Shown here: positions 25,301 through 40,300 of the stretch, piece after piece | Numbering within the stretch: the stretch's first letter is position 1 | Layout: every line of letters starts with the position of its first letter | DNA from: Phoronis australis | Taxonomy: Eukaryota; Animalia; Phoronida | Reading direction: 5' to 3' | Assembly: GCA_002633005.1 (NCBI GenBank) | Contig: NMRA01000309.1 | Location: forward strand, 1-64,000 | Length of the DNA: 64,000 nt | The notes under the pieces: generated by a model | What the model saw: only the letters and a program-made list of their open reading frames with translations | Databases searched by the model: none | Told to the model about the DNA's origin: nothing | Position numbers and translations under genes: made by a program

Positions 25301-28300
25301 GGTAACATAACAGTACCGGGTCAGTACTTGGGATGTCCAAATTCAAGCAGAAATAGATTTTTCTTGATTCTGAAGATTTAGGACATGGTCGATTTTAGTG
25401 TTCATCATGAATGTTCTTAAGTTTTAAACTCAATAGTCTGAAAATAGACTTAGCAGTTTATACATTTAACTAAAGTAGGCCTTTGTAACATTGATTTGTT
25501 GAGTGAATTGTGACGTCTATTTCTAAACTGGTCACATACATGAATGATATGCATCACTCGGATACATTTGGTAACAAATAAGCTTCCCTTGTCGGTCTCG
25601 AACTTGCATATTTGACCACAAGTGACACGAAACAGTCCCAATTTTTTAAACATAGATGTGATTTTTGATGGAGAATGTTATGTTCAGATCCTCATGGAAA
25701 GTTGCAAGGAGCTGAAAATAATCGGCAATCCCTACATTCGTTTTATATTAAAGTTCTCGCATTTGCTCTGCCTTAGGCCAATTAAATTGTTGAACGCACA
25801 CTGAATGAAGAAACTTAAATCGAAGGAATGATTTATCAGCAGATAATGCTTTACCAGTCTAGGATGGAGCAAGTCCCATCCACACACAGCCTACCCTAGA
25901 ACAACTTGCACTACGTAGTGCAACTTACCCCACTTTTAAGTGGAGCATTCACACACACATATCCGATAACTAAGGTGAGGCGTAAGTTGTTGCTGTGTGG
26001 ATGACAATGAACACCTAATGCGAGTACGACGCCAAAGAAACTCGTCTGTATATGTAACCGCAGCTGAAAATTACTTCCAACCTATCCCACTTTTGCGGCC
26101 ACACAGTGATTACAAGTGGCACGAGTTACCCTAGAACAAGTTTCCCCACCTCGATAATGTGGAGTGTGTTGTCACAATTGGGGTATGTTGCACTAGGTTT
26201 AATAGTGTCCAGAGAGCATTCAAATCTTGTTCTACCAGGAATTACTTATTCTAGGATAAGACTGCCTCTGGACGACACTTAATTTGTGATCCACTGCATT
26301 AGATTTCAACTCCAATGCCTCCATCAATGTTTTCCAATAGATGTTGGTTGAATGGAGCTTTAAAAAACAAGCTGCTCACCACAGGTGTAGATTCCAGGCA
26401 GGCCTTTATGCAGCGTCCGTCCTGGGCGTCCAAATGGATGCCCTACCACTAATCTAAATGCCCTGGTAAGGACACCCAAAGTATCATTTGGATGCCCACT
26501 GTCCATAGGAACCTATCAAGTTTGGACTCACACATTGTAATGAACAGGAGGAAGCCTGTGAAAGCTCACAATGGGGGCTCTTTTTTCAAAGCAGGAAGAA
26601 ATATACAATGTATACACAAAGTGTATACAATGTTGCTATGCTCACACTTGGTTGATAGCATTGTAAAATCTTTTTGGTCTACAGTTTTTTTAGTAAAAAT
26701 GCTCACTACAGAAGTCTGTTTTGTAAACTTAAATGTGAAAACCTTGGTCTATGCATTTTTTGTAAAAAAATCTGTGTGTTTGGGGGGATTGCTGGGGGTG
26801 GTGGGGTTACGCGTCGTAATCATGGACGCCCTGGAATATTGGGAACCCCATTTTGGACACCCTATTTTCGAAATCCTGGATAAAGGCCTGATTCCAGGAT
26901 TACAAGAGTTCCTGCATAGAACTGAAAATTAACTCCACAAAAATAAGGAATTTGATTGCTGGGAAATTTTTTTGTATTTTCTTTAATTTTATTGATGCCC
27001 ATGAGGAACCTGTATTACTGTCAAACGAAACAATTTTTTCGTTAGGTACCAAAGACTGCTGTTAATGAGATATTGGTACTAAAACCATGTCTTCTCAAAT
27101 TTACTTAATAATTTACATGCATATTTTTGCTACTTGACTCCTTTTCTCAAAATTTTCACCATGTGAATAAAACAGTGTTATGTTATGTTTCTGATAATGC
27201 AAACTTAGAAACTTAGAAATTATTTTAAATGGACATTGAAAATCAATTGTTTCTAGGCGTTTAAAGAAATTTCTTGCCTTTGTCGTTTTTGTTACAAAAA
27301 CCCACAAGACACCTAAGATATAGTAGGCTTACTTCTTTTATGCATTTACAAAATACTGGAAATTAAATGCAACAATTGCATTGAAATTCAAGGGCTTTAA
27401 AACCATCATTATTGTAAGATTTCACCAATTTTGGACAAAACAAATTGCTAAAATCGCCCGTTTTCGTTTTTCAAGGCCTTCTAGTACTGTTGTGAATGTC
27501 CTCAACTTCTTAAAACTTTGTCAGAGGATAGCTATAATGTACAAAACTTAAACATTGAAAACTATTAATATGGTACAGCACTGTGTTGGCCATATTGTGT
27601 CCTAAATGAGTGACATTTTGTCATTCGGTGGTGTAACGGGCATACATTTACATTCTGCAATCCCAAATTGTCCTATATTTTGCTGATAGCATTTACCAAT
27701 AAGTTAAAAGAGCATCTGAGGTTACTTTGAGTTTGATAAAGAACTTTTTTTGTAATAAAACGTTTTAGTACTTTTTGTGACAACCGTGCAGTAGTACCGT
27801 GTCTTCAAACCGTCCTTTAAATGTGAAAGACCACTCGTACTTGACATATCAAATAATATTTTTACTTTAAGACATCTCTGGCGTTTTGGGATTGCGCAAA
27901 ATCGATAAAGTTGTAAAATTGCCAATTACAAAAATTTAAGAAATATGAGAGGGTCACTTCAGAAAAACATGGGTATGGGTTAATTGACCCATTGCGCCTC
28001 AAGTCTATAAGCCAATTTGAAGGACTTATGGGCCATGGTAGTTGTCCATTTTCGCATCCAATTTTAACGATTTATTGAACAGAGTTCAGCAATCACAGTG
28101 CGTCATTGAAATAAGTTTTTCATCAAAGACTCAGGGCGGGGTGCCTAAAGTTATCCATGCATGTGCAAACATCAGGGTACTTTTGTCAGGTAACCCTATA
28201 AGGAAAAATAAAGTTGTAGAAAAATTTCTGAAGCAAAACGGTTTGACCTTTCAGGTGAGATGAAAATCATTTAGATAGCTGCAATTTTCATTTTTTGTTT

Positions 28301-31300
28301 GTGGATTAATTTTTTCCCAGAATTGCCCAAANTATTAGAATAATGCAGATGAATTGATATTTTGCTGAAAGTTTATACCCTGGAAGGTGCTTAAAATCCC
28401 TTGTTCAGAATATCAACATTGGACCCTTATGAATTGCTTCTATCAGTACTTGTCTTGTTGACTTTCTTGGTTAAATGTCAGATAATGTCAACAAGAATGA
28501 CCCTGGAACTCTTGGGTTTTTTAGGAGACTCCCATACTCACATTCTTGTCATCAAATTCAAAATTGATCTGTTCTTTGACAGAATTGTTGAGTCATGTAG
28601 TCTTAACTTGAAAAGGCTGTTAGACTCTTTATAAAGTGATAACATTTCAAAGGTTATAGCTAGTTAATTTTGTGATCTAGATGCGTCTTTCTAAGGTTGT
28701 AAGATGTTGTTTTATAAGAAAAGTAATTTCTACAATCTCTTCTTTCAAACTTTAAAATATCTGGCCAGGGGCATTCATATAATAACGAATACCGTAAGCA
28801 GTCGACTTCCTTTCTCTATTAACTTGCTGTTCTGCCATGGGAACTAATTTACTCCTTTTTGGGTAACTTACGGCTACGGTTACTGATCACCTGCCATGTT
28901 GTTAATGCCCACCCCCACTGAAGTAATCTTCGACTTATATCTGAGTTGGTCATATCACCATTCGTTGTGACAAGTAAATTGTCAGTTTGTTCAGCATATG
29001 AATATTTGATCTTTTCCCAGTCGACGTATCCACCAACAGTAAATTCAGTTTCTTTAATTTAAGGCTCTAAGTTTTTTACAGCTATAAAATGATAATACAA
29101 CAGTTAATATTTACAGTAATTATTATTAACAAGCTGGGCTCAAAGTGGGTTGTTTTACTGGTAGACATTAAACATGAAGTTGAATTACTAGAACATGCTG
29201 AAGGTATCTCATTAGTGATGTGAACTACCAAGTCTGTCCTCAGGTCAAGTTGCTAGTCTCGTTGAAGTGTTTTGTTGTACTTACTTCAATATCAGTACAT
29301 ACTCGCTTAGCTTATCACCCATTTGCGCCATAACGTCCACCCTCCAAACTTTCCAAATTATCACTTTTTATGCACCCACATATTAGGATATTAGCCAGGA
29401 TATTGATGTTGCCCACCGTGGCTCGCGATGCCGAGTGGGGGGAGGCCGGGAGGATCAAGTGAAACCTTTATGTTTAACTATGTCACAACTACTCATCATT
29501 TTTGGACAACGTTGACTACTGCTGTGCCCCTAGTGGCAATTTTAGTTTTTACCTTATTCTGTTTTTTCAGTGTTTCTCGATGGTTTTTTACGACATTTGG
29601 CGAACTTGTTTCTATTATGAAGACGACAGCACTTTTCCATTTTTGGGTCGATTCAATGTATTGTATATGTAATGGCCATTTTTTAAGACTTACTAGCCTT
29701 GATTTTTATCCTCTACGGCTGTATCCACCAAACTGCTCGGACGACTATCATGAAAATTGGCAGATGTGTTTACTGACTAGAGCATGAATGACATGGATTT
29801 TTAAACTACCATGGTGCCGTAGTGGTATTTTTTGCATCTGCGGCAACATTTTCTTAACCCTTTCAACATCTTTTTGGGATGTTGTAAGCGTATTCCAGGA
29901 ATCCTGTTGTCACTTGGCAGCAGATGGACGGGGACCATTGACTGCACGTTTGCCTTTTGTATCTTTGTAGTTCTTTGACAAATTTTCATGATCTTTGGCA
30001 AGTAGTTTTCTGTTACGTAAACTGCAGTGCCTTTCCCCTTTCAGGCATGTTCATTGTATTCTGCATCATGTAATGGTCATTTGTATGATGCTAATGAACA
30101 CCTCTAGTTGCATACCATTTGTGGTGCAGTCATTGGCAAATTTCAATATTCTGCCTTTCTCGAATTAGTGTCCTGCCCTTATATCTTCTTTGTAATCGTT
30201 CATCTCATGAAAATTCTGCTTTCCAGTTTCAATCCTGCGCCTTGTCATTTTGAGTTGATAAAACACATACATTTTACTGAAGGAGAGGTGAAATGGTTTT
30301 CTCTTTGCTCCTTGTGTGTAAGAATAGTGAAGAGATTTCTGTGAGCAAATTGACCATCGGAAGAACTACTTTCTCAATATTTTTTTGTTTTTGAACACGC
30401 ATCCACCCCCTGATTTTGAACTCCCCATAAGGCCGTGGGCATAAACCTGCTACAGTAAGTGAAAAGATTCAACAGCTCTATAATATGGTATATTGACTGA
30501 ACTATTGATTTCTTTGAGTTATAACAGCATAGACCTGTATATTAAAGGTCTATTAGAGAAGAGTTTTTAGAAATTCTATGAGATCACATCTTAGGAGAAG
30601 CATTGAAGACACTAACGTTAGGTTTGCCCACCCTGTCCCCTGCTTTTAAATTGTCATGCTTTTAAATTGTCATGGAGGTTTATAATGGGTGTCAACATGG
30701 GGCATCGGCATTTAAGGTTGCATGTATTTCTAATTGAAATGTTGTCTTTTTGAAATGACTAAGTAACTGGTGACTGTTAACCCAAATTTATTTATGTCAT
30801 TCATAAAACTGTCATTTTCCATGGTCATGTTACTGGACCCTCCCTCAGTGATCGAAATTTCCTGTTTTGGGCAGCTGATGTCTGTAGATGAGTGTCCAAA
30901 TTAAGTCATTATTGTGAAAGTAAGATTATTGGGTATGGGTTTTAAATCAGATTTGCATTCATAGTGAACATTTTGAAAAGTTAGATGGTGAATAAAGGCG
31001 TTTAGTGCAGTCATCACCTAAGTCATCTGCTTAGTGCAGCCATCACCTAAGTCATCTGTCTGCTTAGTGCAGCTATCACCTAAGTCATCTGCTTAGTGCA
31101 GTCATCACCTAAGTCATCTGTCTGCTTAGTGCAGCCATCACCTAAGTCATCTGCTTAGTGCAGCCATCACCTAAGTCATCTGTCTGCTAAGTGCAGCCAT
31201 CACCTAAGTCACCTGTCTGCTAAGTGCAGCCATCACCTAAGTCATCTGTCTGCTTAGTGCAGCCATCACGTAAGTCATCTGTCTGCTTAGTGCAGCCATC

Positions 31301-34300
31301 ACCTAAGTCATCTGCTTAGTGCAGCCATCACCTAAGTCATCTGTCTGCTTAGTGCAGCCATCACCTAAGTCACCTGTCTACTAAGTGCTAGACATGCTTA
31401 TGCTGATACCAGCACTTATTTTGAATATCTAGTATTTTAAATGCTATATTTATTCATTGATACTTGTGTGAAATGACCTAGTTAGTTTCTGCATTCTAAT
31501 GTATTCTAAGACCCTTAGATGTTGTTTTTTTTCTAATTTCAAATCACATAAGAAAATTAACAACATTAGACTCATTTGATTCATTTGCAGTTGATGTGTA
31601 CATGTCATTCACCATGCATCATTCATTTGTGATTACCTTCACATGTTTTATTATAACCAGGGACCAGTACCACATCTGGTGGCAAGTAAAGCTCTGTGTG
31701 TGCATAATCAGGGACCAGAACCACATCTGGTGACCAGTAAAGTACTGTGTGTGCATAATCAGGGAGTAAGCCACTGGCAACTCATCAGAAATTGAAATTT
31801 TACCAAATATGTTGCTCAGACATCAAGTTTTTACTCGGTGAAATAGCATTTTCTTGTGTCATGTCTTGCCACTAGATTATCTAGTTACGTTCCATAAAAA
31901 CAGTTTTATTAAGAATGCTGATCAGGACCATGGCAAAGGTATCATGGTTTATTAGTAGTCTCAGCCAGGGTTCAGCTTCAAAAATTAGTAGCGCTTTGGA
32001 TTTGAAACAAGAAGCATAACTGTTTGCCCTAAGTTAGTCTTAAATGTGTAGAAAGCTTCAAACTACTTGATTTTCTTTCCAGTTTGAAGTGTTCGAATCA
32101 AATGTTCTTGTGAGATTAAAACTAAGTTCTCAATCTTAGGTTCTGTGTTTTGCCTTTTGATATCATGATGGGAATGAGCTGATCTTGCCTCTTGATTTAA
32201 GAATTTTAGTGGAAAAAACATGCTGAAATTTCACTGCCAGTCTATTTTTCTGTGTTTGTGACTTAAAACCATTAGTTCAATGTTTTGTCTATAAAGGAAA
32301 CTTCTTTGTAGTCACCCTGACCTTTACACAATATCTTGTCAAATTTTCCATCTCCACCCAGTCACAAACAAAAAGAATCCCTATCATTGCAGAGAAGAAT
32401 ATAAATCAGTTGCACCCCTTGATCAGGCTTTTAAGTGCCTATGGCTATATTCTCCTGTTCTGTCTCCTGACTTCCACTGTTCATAAGGTGATGAATAGAC
32501 ATAATCAAAGATATGTTGGGGTATCAAGTTGCAATGCCTTGACTGAATGTTCAGTTGTTGAAGTCACAATGTCACAACACACTCTGTATGTGAAAGGGTT
32601 ACTTATTTCACACATGGCTTACCTTCCATCTGCTTATGGTAAATAAAGGAATCTAAGATTAATGAATGTGTTTCAGAGTTTTGTGTAGCCTGGTTCAATA
32701 GGAAATGACTCCTTTTTGGAGGGCTTTTAAAATCCCAAGTTTACTTCACAGTGAGCATATGTATTTAATAGCAAAGACTTTAGTGCTTTGTTTTAGTGGA
32801 CACTAAAGCTGTATTTTTCTTCTGTTTAGCTGTTAATGTTGAATTCTTAGTTAATTCTCAACTGAAGCGCTTTGGGGTTTATAACATTACCAAGGTCATT
32901 TGACCTTGAGTTGTTGCCGAATGAATTGGCTACTCAAGTCACAGGCAATGTGTACATGTGCTATTTTCAAAGTAATTCGCAATTTTAGGATTGTCCAACC
33001 TTAATAACCTGAAGTTTTGTCTTGAGACGCTGATGACTTCGATGTTCTTGTTAGTAAAGGAAATCAAATCTTATCAGGACAAGGAGTGTTATCATACCGA
33101 AGAGAATTCCAGCTTCATTTTTAACCATAAATAGACAGGACGAAATTCAGCTTTAACTTTGGCGCCATCATATAGTTATCATCAGAGGTCATTGTTATTG
33201 TCCGCCAGGGTATACTTGGGATAATGTTGACGATGATAGCATCTGTTTTCTCCTGAAGAAGGTGAGGGGAGTCTTCCTCTTAACTTCACAGTTCACATTG
33301 ATGGGTCCTCAATAGCCAGATTTAAGCAATCAAAGTGCGCCACACTCCTAAAATAATAACTTAATCTTTTAATTCGATGGCTTAAGGTGAAGTAATTGAA
33401 ACAACAAAAAGCTGTGTGACTTTTGCTTTTGCTGAACAGGTTTTTGCTAGAATGGCGACATGATGAAATCAGCCTGTTTGGTACAATAGATTCTTCATTG
33501 ATGAAGGCCCTGCTGCATCCTGGTACTGTTTTAATGCAGTGGGACAATTTCCAGCATTTTTATAAATTCCCTGTTAATTAACTTAACCTGTCTTACGCAT
33601 CAGGGTTAGATGTTGTTGTGTCAAGCAAAATACCCTGTGTTCTCTCAATTTTGAAGTTGTATACGTACAATGTTTTTGTGGCATGTTTGTAAACGTGTTG
33701 TTTATTTGTCATGCGACAACTTTTTGCCTCCTTAGCAATTTCATTGCATGAATATTCTATTCTTCAATATGGAAGAAAAGTAATGGCTAAAGTTGTATTT
33801 TTTTATCTTTCAAACCGTGACTTTAAACAATTAGGTTTATACTAAATTAACCAAATAAAAAGTCCTTCACAAATTTTTATCGGACTAGTTGGAAACAGGT
33901 CGCAAAAACACCTAACTGATCTCCTAAATATTAGTGGACTAGTAGCAGAACTCAGCGCCACCTTCAGTGCAGAGTCTTACTGCTTACTGACTTTGCTGCT
34001 TACTAGAAACTGTTAGATGAACCTGATCCAGCTCTGAACTGAAATTCATGATCATTGATTCAACTCTGGAGAAATATCCAATTTCCCCTCAGTGAATACA
34101 CCTTGCCTAATGTGTCATAATGGGTTATATTTACAGGTGCCAGTTTTTCAGCTTTACAGAGACATGTGATGATTACACAGTTATTATTGACGAAAGGGGC
34201 TTTGCAGGTATGCCTTTCTTTAACTTGTCTAGTCTTCTAAAATCTGATTGACCACAATTTGCAAACTAGCAAATAAATGCAAACAATGCTTGTTGCATTA

Positions 34301-37300
34301 AACTTGTCGTGGATTATAGAAGATTTAAATTGTGCTTGTCCAAATTGGATACTTTAGAGAGATACTTAGTTGTTTGGTGTAAGCTTTATACCCTGTCTCG
34401 CTACTCATCCCAAAAACAGGTTATTAGCCAGGTGTGAAAAGTTCAATGCTGACTTCTAGTTGTAATTTAATCAATGTGTTTAATAGATTTGTGTTTACAA
34501 GATTTTGCATAAAACATTTGATAACGCAGTATGCTATGTATTGTAGTCAAGTAAACTTCCATGTTATTCAGGTCCAACCCTATCTGCATTACGTTACTAA
34601 CTTGCTTAAGGGTAATAATTTACTATTTGCTTTTAATTTTCATTAAAGTAATGTTAAAACTAATGTTACACAGTTTGAATCTTATTAATATTACATGCTC
34701 ATTTTGTTAAATTGATAATGCATTCGGTGAGTATGGAACAAATCTCATGTTGCATTAAATTAAGATACCGTATTCGCCATAATAACCGCCCATACCCCTA
34801 TAAGCGCCCCCACGCTTTTTCAGACTTCGCTAAAATAAGCGCCCAGTCCAAGAACATGTACGTGCGAAAAATGCCTTACCTACAGTCCTAAAATTCTACA
34901 GAAATGTCTTCAATTTATCAATAATATCCGACAGTCCTGAAAAAAATCGTGCGCAGAATTTGTAGACCACGAGCCTTGCCGCTATGTCGGTATTTAGCCG
35001 TGACAATACACTTCAAACTTCCGCCATGCCTCAAAACGAACACAAAAGTTCTGCTGATATTGCGAGGACCAATGGTCTGGCCTTTTAATACAGAAGTAGT
35101 GCACTTGTCTGCGGGATTGCTTTGTAGATATTTCCTGCTTTCAACAGGAATCCAAAGTTCTTTGTAGGCCTACACGTGAAAACCGCGAATCGAAGATTAA
35201 TAAAATGCTTGGCCAGTGTTAAAAGCACTTGGCCAGGAAGCGCGCGCTACATACATGAACCTGTCATCAAAGACATTAGTCGGGAACTATCCATTCATGA
35301 AACGGGTAGCATAGCATCGGCAAGAAATGAATATTGGCACTAATTTCCGACAGTTTCTAATACTATAAAAATGTTTGCGTTATTTTTGAGATGAATTGCT
35401 TGATTAACTATAATTGGTGTTTTTAAGCCAAATAACTGATAAAATGACAACTGACAGTGAATGCTTACACACCCTTACACCGAAAACTAACTGTCAGATA
35501 GTCACGTACGCCACATCCAGCCACACGGCGACTAACATGGCCTTACCAAGACAAATGTCGAACGTTTTTAGCACATGAGACCAGCAAGTGCTGAATGAAA
35601 CACACTCTGGTTTAGGCCTACTGCTTGTGCAAATTTCTTTAGATACAATGCACATCTAGCTCATTAGATTGCGTGGCTCTGGCCAAAAGACGGTATCTGC
35701 TCTAGTGACTCTGGTGACACGCACATGCTCGCTTACTCACAAATGCAGACAACTTCAAAACAAACGTCACATGACAACAACATATGTGTTCGTCCAGACA
35801 TTTTTCTCATGTTGCCGATCATACTTGTAGATGGCACGATGTACTAGCATAGATTTGTACTTAAACTTGCCGTGATCCCGACTCTACGGGAACTTAAAAA
35901 TCTTAGGGACGTTACTTGGAAAACTTAAGAAGGATTTTAGGTAATTTGCTTGCGTCGAAACTGTATTTTTATTCAAGCATTCAAGTCGCCCTGGGATTTC
36001 AGCACAATTTTCTGTAAAATGATCGTAATTTAGCAGCAAAGTTTGATAGCAATGCACCACGGTTTTGTAGAAAGTCTTTCATAGATTACAGATAGGTCAC
36101 AGAGCGTGAATATGATGCATCTTAGCTTCCGATTTCACCCGTTTCGGAGATCGGGTTTCAACGGTCTTGGGTTATAATAAGTGCCCCCCCCCCCCCTGAA
36201 ACGAACTTTTCTAAGCGCCCTGGGCGGTTATTAAGGCGAATACGGTAGCAGTTTTGTGTTTGCGTTGATATGTGATCTTTACATTCAATTTACATTAAAA
36301 AAGTGCATTGAACGTGAACTAAATTAAGGTCATCAAAAATGTTGGATTTAAAAAATTTTAATTGATGTCAAGACAGGGCTCGATGTAAGTGAGTAAACAC
36401 TAAAAACACTAGTTGAAATAGTAAAATACTCACAAATAGAAAATTGACTTCACTTGTGTCTCTCATACAGGTGTCGAGCGACTTTCAGCGTTTTTGTTTT
36501 ATTTTTGCTTGTATCTCCAACTGTAGACCCAGCAATTGTGCCTAGTGTCCACTACCTGTTTTGAGAAATCACGTATCAAATTAATAGCATAAAGTGGTGG
36601 CATCAAAATTTAGTTGTGAGCATTTAACCGTTGAGCCAGATAGTCGCCCTGTCACCCCCGACCTTTGAAATTGATGTACACAGTAGTTCTGGTAACCGTG
36701 ACGCAAATTGTCAATGCGAACGTTAAATTGGCACTCTCTAAGCAGCACATGTGTTCGAATAGCTTGGTATGCAGTTTGAAATAGGACAAAATACATAATG
36801 AAAAAATACCTGCCAAAATCCTAGGCCTGACCTTCCATACGAACGTTATCAAAGTCGTTAAAGATGCAGAGTACATAAATCTATTAAGCACAATCTCCCT
36901 CCATTTGTATGCGCTGTTCAAACTTTTGTATCTTGAACGCTTGAAAAGCTTCTCGTCAAAAAACCTCTGTGAAGCATTGTATGCTCAGGCCAGGGATATA
37001 CCTAGGCCTCAAAACCCTGCCAGGGCCTGCAATCCCTCGATTGGCCCCATTACCAGCTAAGAAATATTGCAAAATCATGTGGAGTTACTCTCATGATGCC
37101 CAAAAATTTCCCTCAAGTGATTGAAAAATTCTTCTCAAACGACAGGACTGACATTCTAGTGGACCGTCAGATTTCATACGAGTGATGGGAGTGTGGATAC
37201 TGTCACTAGTCTATTTAACACAATATGGTTTTACATTACCGTTAAACCAACATTTAAAACAGCATTTAACCTGTGCTTTTGTCCAAAAACAAGCTTTGAT

Positions 37301-40300
37301 TTATGCAACTTACCATTATAAATTGGTCTTGTCTACTTCCTTACTCAGTTTAGCACTGACCTCTCGGCTATGGAAGAACTGATAGTTTATTTTTTCAAAT
37401 TTTCAAACCACTTGGTTTCAAGAAATTAAAAACCTGTCAGGGTTTTTGTTTTGAAGCCCTGGTATCACATAATGAACAATTTTAGATCAATTTCACAATG
37501 GTACGTGGCCTCAATCAAACTTGTTTTTTGATAAAGCACGGGCTTAATGCCACTTTAACACACGGATTTATTAAAAATAAAAGAGCATTCACCTCCTATT
37601 GAGTCCATTATGTTCCATATTTCAGAAATCCCTGCATGCGATCACGTGGTGCCCAGTGTATGGATTGCCCTGAATGTCTCTGTCGGTGCTTTCTCTGACA
37701 GCAGTACGTGCGGCATATCCAAGATAGCTAAGACGATGATCATCCCACTGGCAGACCTCGGTGTCCCCATATATTCACTGTCCACCTTCCAGAATGACTT
37801 TATACTGGTGAGTAGTTGGGTAATACCTACCCCAGAATGTATTGGTCACATGTCTCACAGGCATCGGTGCTTTGGAATCCTGGTGCTACATTTTGATGAC
37901 CAAGCATGCAATAAAAGACTCTGGCCCAAATATTCCAGGCTCCATAGTCAGAGTTTCAATTTATTGAACAATTTCGGGATATGATCTGATGATATTAATA
38001 ATAGTTGTATTTTACCGTACTGATTCAACGCCCATCCCGGGCTTATACCCACTCGCAATTTGCATGACCGAGAGTTATCAGAGATTTTTGAAGTTCAATA
38101 AACTGGTTTTCTTACAATATCACCTTGTTGAGGGACTGTCACATTTTTTCTAAAACAAATTCTAGTACTCAAATATATTGTACACGATACCTCATGGTGC
38201 TTGAGTATGAAGCAGCAAGTATTTTCAATACACACAGAGGCATATACCATTCAGAATTATAGATATGTAATGATATTGATATTCCTCATTGAAATGATAT
38301 TTAACAGACAGTGTTGTTATCTCCAAAAATGTAAAATAAATACACATGGATGTTAGCCATGAGATATGTTGTATAACTAGGCTATTTGTCTTAAGTTCAT
38401 CTAACTTGTAAGCAATCTTATATGTCACAAGTTCATGAAATCATGCAGAATTGGCAATAGTTCCAAGAGGAAATTTTTAACTATATTTTTTGTGAAAAAT
38501 GTGACTCACAATTCATATTTCTCGGAAAAGCCGTGGTTATGGAAACACAGCTTAACTGGGAACCTTGTAAGCTTTAACTTTGCCTTTGTCACTATTCTTT
38601 CAAACTGTTAGAAAGCTGACTTTCAATCTTCCAGTACATTGACAATCAATTTGCACTTGGACTGATTCACGTTGCTAACTTTTCTCGTTGACACACAGAT
38701 TCACCATTGAACAACTTGCGCTGGTGTCACTTGCCCCACCTTTTTATGCGCCCACATATTTATATGTGGGTGCATATTGCAGGCATCTGGGGCTTTAACT
38801 CCTAAATCCTTTGCAGGATTATAATGAGATTTTACAGATGTGTTCCTATGAACCTGACAACAGACAACCACGAGTTTCATACTGGTTCGACTACCGCTCT
38901 GCACCCTAGTGGCAATTTTGTTTTTTTACGTTTGCCTCTGGTTCGTTGGAGTTCCTTGATGGATTTGCATGAAATGTAACACATAGGTTTCTACTAATGA
39001 GAAAATGACGCCCTTCCGTTTTGGACAGATTTGACATATTCTGTGCCACCTGGTGGCCAATTAAGAAATTATGCTGGTAGCAGTTTTAGTTTTTTACATT
39101 ACTTTGCCCTTGTATCTTCCGAGTTCCTTGATGGATTTGCATGAAATTTAGCATACAGGTTTCTATTATAGAGACGATGACGCCTTTCAGTTTTGGGTTG
39201 GATTTGACATATTTTGCGCCATATAGACTAATAGAGTACATTGTTGACATCCGCCTTCCTATCCATCCAAGCTTCCAAAGTATCATTATTTAAATTGGCA
39301 GATGTTATGCAGATAAGAAGACCGCAGCGGACACTTATTGTAGGATGGGTTTGACTATTGTGGCAATGCCGAATGGTAATTTTTTTGCATCCATAGCTGC
39401 ATCTCCTTAACTCTTTGAAGTATTGCTGTGATGTATTCTGCACCATTGCTCTATCTTCAAAACCCTTGGATGTATGTTCATGAAATTTTGCAGATATGGG
39501 AAGGCATGAGCTAATTTTCTGTTGGATTGGACTTACCGCTGTAACCCCAAGTGGCCAGTTTTGCTTTCTCATATTTTGTTTTTTGACATCTGCCCTTCTA
39601 TCAGCTGAACCACACTATTGTAATTGGCATATATGTTCCTACTGGGAAGAGGACAGCTGTCGATGATTTTCACTTGGCTCTGACTACTTAATGGTGCCTC
39701 CTAGTAGTAGTTTTGTTTCTTTACATCCATGGCTACAGTGTTTCCTAAATCCTTTGCAAAATCTATGTTCAACGCGACAACAGATGATGACGACTTTCAC
39801 ACATATCCGACTACTGCTGTGTCTTCTTGTCAAAATTTGTTTTTTTGTTTCCCTCTGTGTCTGTGGAGTTTCTGGGTGAATTTTTATGAAATTTAGCAAA
39901 TAATTTTCTATTACGGAGGTAGATCAACGCTTTGCATTGCTCTTTTTATGTTATTTATCACTGTTGCCATGACTCCATAGAAATAAATTACAACCATCCG
40001 TAAAACTGCTGTGTTCATTGTGTCTTCACCATCATTAACCCTCAGCTTTTCAATTAGTTTTAGTTATGTAACTGTTCAAAGTACACGCATGTCATTATGT
40101 AGATGGCGGTAACACACGTCATTAAATACGTTTTCTAAAAATGTGGGTAGAAAATTCTAGTCAAGTGCTAAGTTTTATGCATATACTTTCTCACTTTGTT
40201 TAAATGCTAAATCCAAGAAATTTTCGGACCGACCTGAATACTGTTGTGCCCCTTAGAAGCAAATTTTAATGTGCAGTAACTCCTTATTAGGTTCTGGGCA

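Noticed and set aside
26492-26932. 146-aa ORF
   Set aside because: Lies mostly inside a hAT MITE and has no transposase motifs.
31002-31388. CRISPR-like array of 29-33-bp repeats
   Set aside because: No unique spacers, no cas genes, and it lies in a eukaryotic intron; it is a head-to-tail minisatellite.
33186-33261. Exon-like segment GHCYCPPGYTWDNVDDDSICFLLKK|gtgagg (EGF-like) in CASTOR intron 1
   Set aside because: Weak acceptor without a polypyrimidine tract, upstream in-frame stop, and no partner exons. Inclusion would frameshift CASTOR. It could be a poison exon but is unsupported without RNA data.
36374-37461. cagggctcg ... gaagccctg as one hAT element
   Set aside because: Only a 7-bp terminal match and the flanking 8-mers differ; probably ends of different fragments.
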